Below are positions 4,569 through 6,150 of a DNA stretch of 6,150 bases, piece by piece. The position numbers were made by a program, and so were the translations under genes. A model generated the notes under the pieces. It was not told where the DNA came from. It saw only the letters and a program-made list of their open reading frames with translations, and did not search any database. The first letter of the stretch is position 1; every line of letters begins with the position of its first letter. This DNA comes from a virus, in IMG/VR virus record IMGVR_UViG_3300031088_000007, positions 1 through 6,150 of that record, one strand, 5' to 3'.

Positions 4569-5972
4569 TTACCCTTGAAGGACAGAACGCGACACGATCA
4601 TGTACGCGAGGATGAGAGCGCAGGCCATGACGACACCGCGCAAAGGCTGGATGTTGGTGCAAAGCTGCCCGAACTCGACAGTCACAGAGCGCCCCATCAC
4701 AGTCATGGTTTTGTTAGGCAGGCAGGACCCACCACCGATGAAGCCTGTCTGATCTAGGCCGGGCTTGCTGAGGTCAATCTCAGTACCCTTCATCGTCTCT
4801 TCGATCTTCGCTTTCATGGGATCAGCACCCGAGAGGATCGAGTTACCAAGGGCAGTTTGAGGCGATGCTTTCAACGCGTCCTCATCAGCCTTACCCCTAC
4901 ATTCCATGGCAGCGGCCGCACGCAGAGTAGCGCACTGGACAGCATCGCCAACGCACTGAATCTGGCCACAGGTACCAGTGACAGAACCTTCACGACACAC
5001 AGAAAGATTGGGATTGGTCTTGCACAGATCGTATTTGTCATCCTCAGTAGGACGGTCAGCTTTACCAGCGGCACCGGAAGGAGTAGCAGAGGTGTCAGCG
5101 GTACCAGACGTTGTCTTTGTACCGTCCGGTTTCGTGGCTGTAACCGTAACGGTCTTCGTCGTGGAGCCATCAGCGTTTGTCGTTATGACGGTCTTCGTGT
5201 TGGTGGTGGTGCCATCCGCAGCCGTCTCGTTTTTCTCCGTCTCAGTTTTCGGCTGCACGGGCTTAGCCGGAGGCGTCGAACCTGTACCGATGCACATGGG
5301 GATGCCTGACAGACTCATACCCGCGTGAACGGTACCAGCTGGACATGGCCCCTTGCCGGGGTCGTCAGTCGGTTTAGGCGGGTTCTCGATAGGGGGCGAC
5401 TTCACAGGAGGATCGGCAGGGACCTCCGGGGTATCGTTGCCACCGACGCCGGGCTTGTCCTCACCAGTGAATTTCTCTCCAGTGCGCTTCACCATCCACA
5501 TGCAGTAGGAGCCTGTTGCAGACTTCCGGCAGACCATCATTTCCATGGCGGTGACAACACAGCCAGCGTAGCTACCGGGCGCGCTATACGGGCCAGCAGC
5601 TGGATAGTTCCAGCGGCGAACGATAGGGTTTTTGTCAGCACATGGATCAGGGACGACCTCGGGAGGAACCGCTTTCGCCTGGCATCTTCCGAGAGCATTG
5701 TTGAAGTACGGTTCGTCGGCATAGCAAGTCCGAGGATAGACCGCCAGATACCGCTGCTCATCAGCACCGATTTTTCCGTAGCAATCCGACCCTCCAATCA
5801 AGCGAGTGAATACGATTCCATTCACGGCACCACGTTTGCAAGCGTCAAGGGCAGTAGTTCCATTAACCCCTGAGCTGCTGCCGTAATAGCTGTCAGCGGC
5901 AAAAGCCAGCCCAGAGAACAGAGCAAGCGAGAAGCCAACAAGACCCCATGCAAAGAGCCGTAGCGCCCTCAT
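4569..5972 (-). CDS. pIII-like minor coat / adsorption protein, about 467 aa from the preferred start
   Basis: The preferred ATG at 5972 gives a classic signal peptide, MRALRLFAWGLVGFSLALFSGLAFA-AD. After it come a Cys-rich N-domain, a Pro-rich linker (PEVPADPPVKSPPIENPPKPTDDP), a Thr-rich repetitive linker, a Cys-rich C-domain and a C-terminal anchor VVMACALILAYMIV. The track start at 6062 is a GTG abutting the repeat array and is unlikely. Confidence 0.75.
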   Translation of the reverse strand: MRALRLFAWGLVGFSLALFSGLAFAADSYYGSSSGVNGTTALDACKRGAVNGIVFTRLIGGSDCYGKIGADEQRYLAVYPRTCYADEPYFNNALGRCQAKAVPPEVVPDPCADKNPIVRRWNYPAAGPYSAPGSYAGCVVTAMEMMVCRKSATGSYCMWMVKRTGEKFTGEDKPGVGGNDTPEVPADPPVKSPPIENPPKPTDDPGKGPCPAGTVHAGMSLSGIPMCIGTGSTPPAKPVQPKTETEKNETAADGTTTNTKTVITTNADGSTTKTVTVTATKPDGTKTTSGTADTSATPSGAAGKADRPTEDDKYDLCKTNPNLSVCREGSVTGTCGQIQCVGDAVQCATLRAAAAMECRGKADEDALKASPQTALGNSILSGADPMKAKIEETMKGTEIDLSKPGLDQTGFIGGGSCLPNKTMTVMGRSVTVEFGQLCTNIQPLRGVVMACALILAYMIVSRSVLQG

Positions 5973-6028
5973 CGCAGCAAAATCCAGAACGCACCACACA
6001 CAGCAATAATCACAGCGAAACCAGCCAT
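5969..6028 (-). CDS. Candidate 19-aa hydrophobic micro-protein upstream of, and coupled to, the pIII-like gene
   Basis: Hand translation gives ATG GCT GGT TTC GCT GTG ATT ATT GCT GTG TGT GGT GCG TTC TGG ATT TTG CTG CGA TGA = MAGFAVIIAVCGAFWILLR. A perfect GGAGG (6038..6034) lies 5 nt upstream. The stop overlaps the pIII-like ATG (ATGA). Not in the ORF track. Confidence 0.45.
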   Translation of the reverse strand: MAGFAVIIAVCGAFWILLR

Positions 6029-6067
6029 AGACACCTCCACACGTTAATGAAAATTGAAGCACCAGAA

Positions 6068-6150
6068 CCCGTCCCTACGGGCGGTAGAAACCAAGGCCCG
6101 TCCTTCGGCGGTAAAAGCCCGTCCCTACGGGCGGTAGAAGCCAAGGCCCG
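6068..6150. repeat. The same 50-bp tandem repeat array, entered from the other side
   Basis: A partial unit cccgtccctacggg lies at 6068-6081. Then 6082-6131 is identical to unit 1 (1-50), and 6132-6150 is identical to 51-69. The variant positions allow only this one register against the left-end array. Confidence 0.95.

Larger units (their letters stand above)
1..6150 (-). mobile_element. Complete or near-complete filamentous phage (inovirus-like) genome or prophage copy
   Basis: Canonical inovirus module on one strand: RCR Rep, small ssb-like protein, tiny hydrophobic coat protein plus terminator, large secreted pIII-like protein, pVI-like membrane protein, and Zot/pI P-loop ATPase. Genes are tightly packed with overlapping stops and starts. 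Window ends are redundant (6082-6150 = 1-69). Confidence 0.85.

Noticed and set aside
3754-5873. Assorted overlapping ORFs: 3754..4131 +, 4238..4477 -, 4390..4662 -, 4575..4757 +, 4857..5309 +, 4871..5170 -, 4978..5328 +, 5325..5873 +, 5537..5797 -
   Set aside because: All lie within or antisense to the zot-like, pVI-like and pIII-like CDSs. None has a start context or composition better than the chosen frames.
5973-6062. GTG start at 6062 extending the pIII-like ORF by 30 codons
   Set aside because: The extension (MLQFSLTCGGVYGWFRCDYCCVWCVLDFAA) precedes a textbook signal peptide that begins at the ATG at 5972, and it starts at the edge of the repeat array. The overlapping SD-led micro-ORF explains this region better.

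Overview
The window reads as one complete small filamentous phage (inovirus-like) genome, either a replicative form or a prophage copy. All core genes lie on the minus strand. In minus-strand reading order they are: a 19-aa micro-ORF, a pIII-like adsorption protein, a pVI-like membrane protein, a Zot/pI-like assembly ATPase, a small basic regulator, a Rep_trans-type rolling-circle initiator, a pV-like ssDNA-binding candidate, an 83-aa small protein, and a 41-aa leaderless Pf3/Xf-style major coat protein followed by an intrinsic terminator. The ORF track missed the coat gene and the micro-ORF. One opposite-strand gene, a 65-aa ribbon-helix-helix-like protein, sits in a low-GC island of about 40% G+C between rep and the ssb-like gene, next to a perfect 10-bp inverted repeat. 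Both window ends fall inside the same 50-bp tandem repeat array. Positions 6082-6150 are identical to 1-69, including the variant positions, so the sequence probably closes into a circle of about 6081 bp or is tandemly repeated. The array would then lie between the coat-gene terminator and the pIII module, an unusual place for the largest noncoding region. I saw no secretin, integrase, transposase, tRNA, rRNA or CRISPR. All functional calls come from reading motifs, gene order and architecture by eye. No database or HMM search was possible, and the host is unknown.
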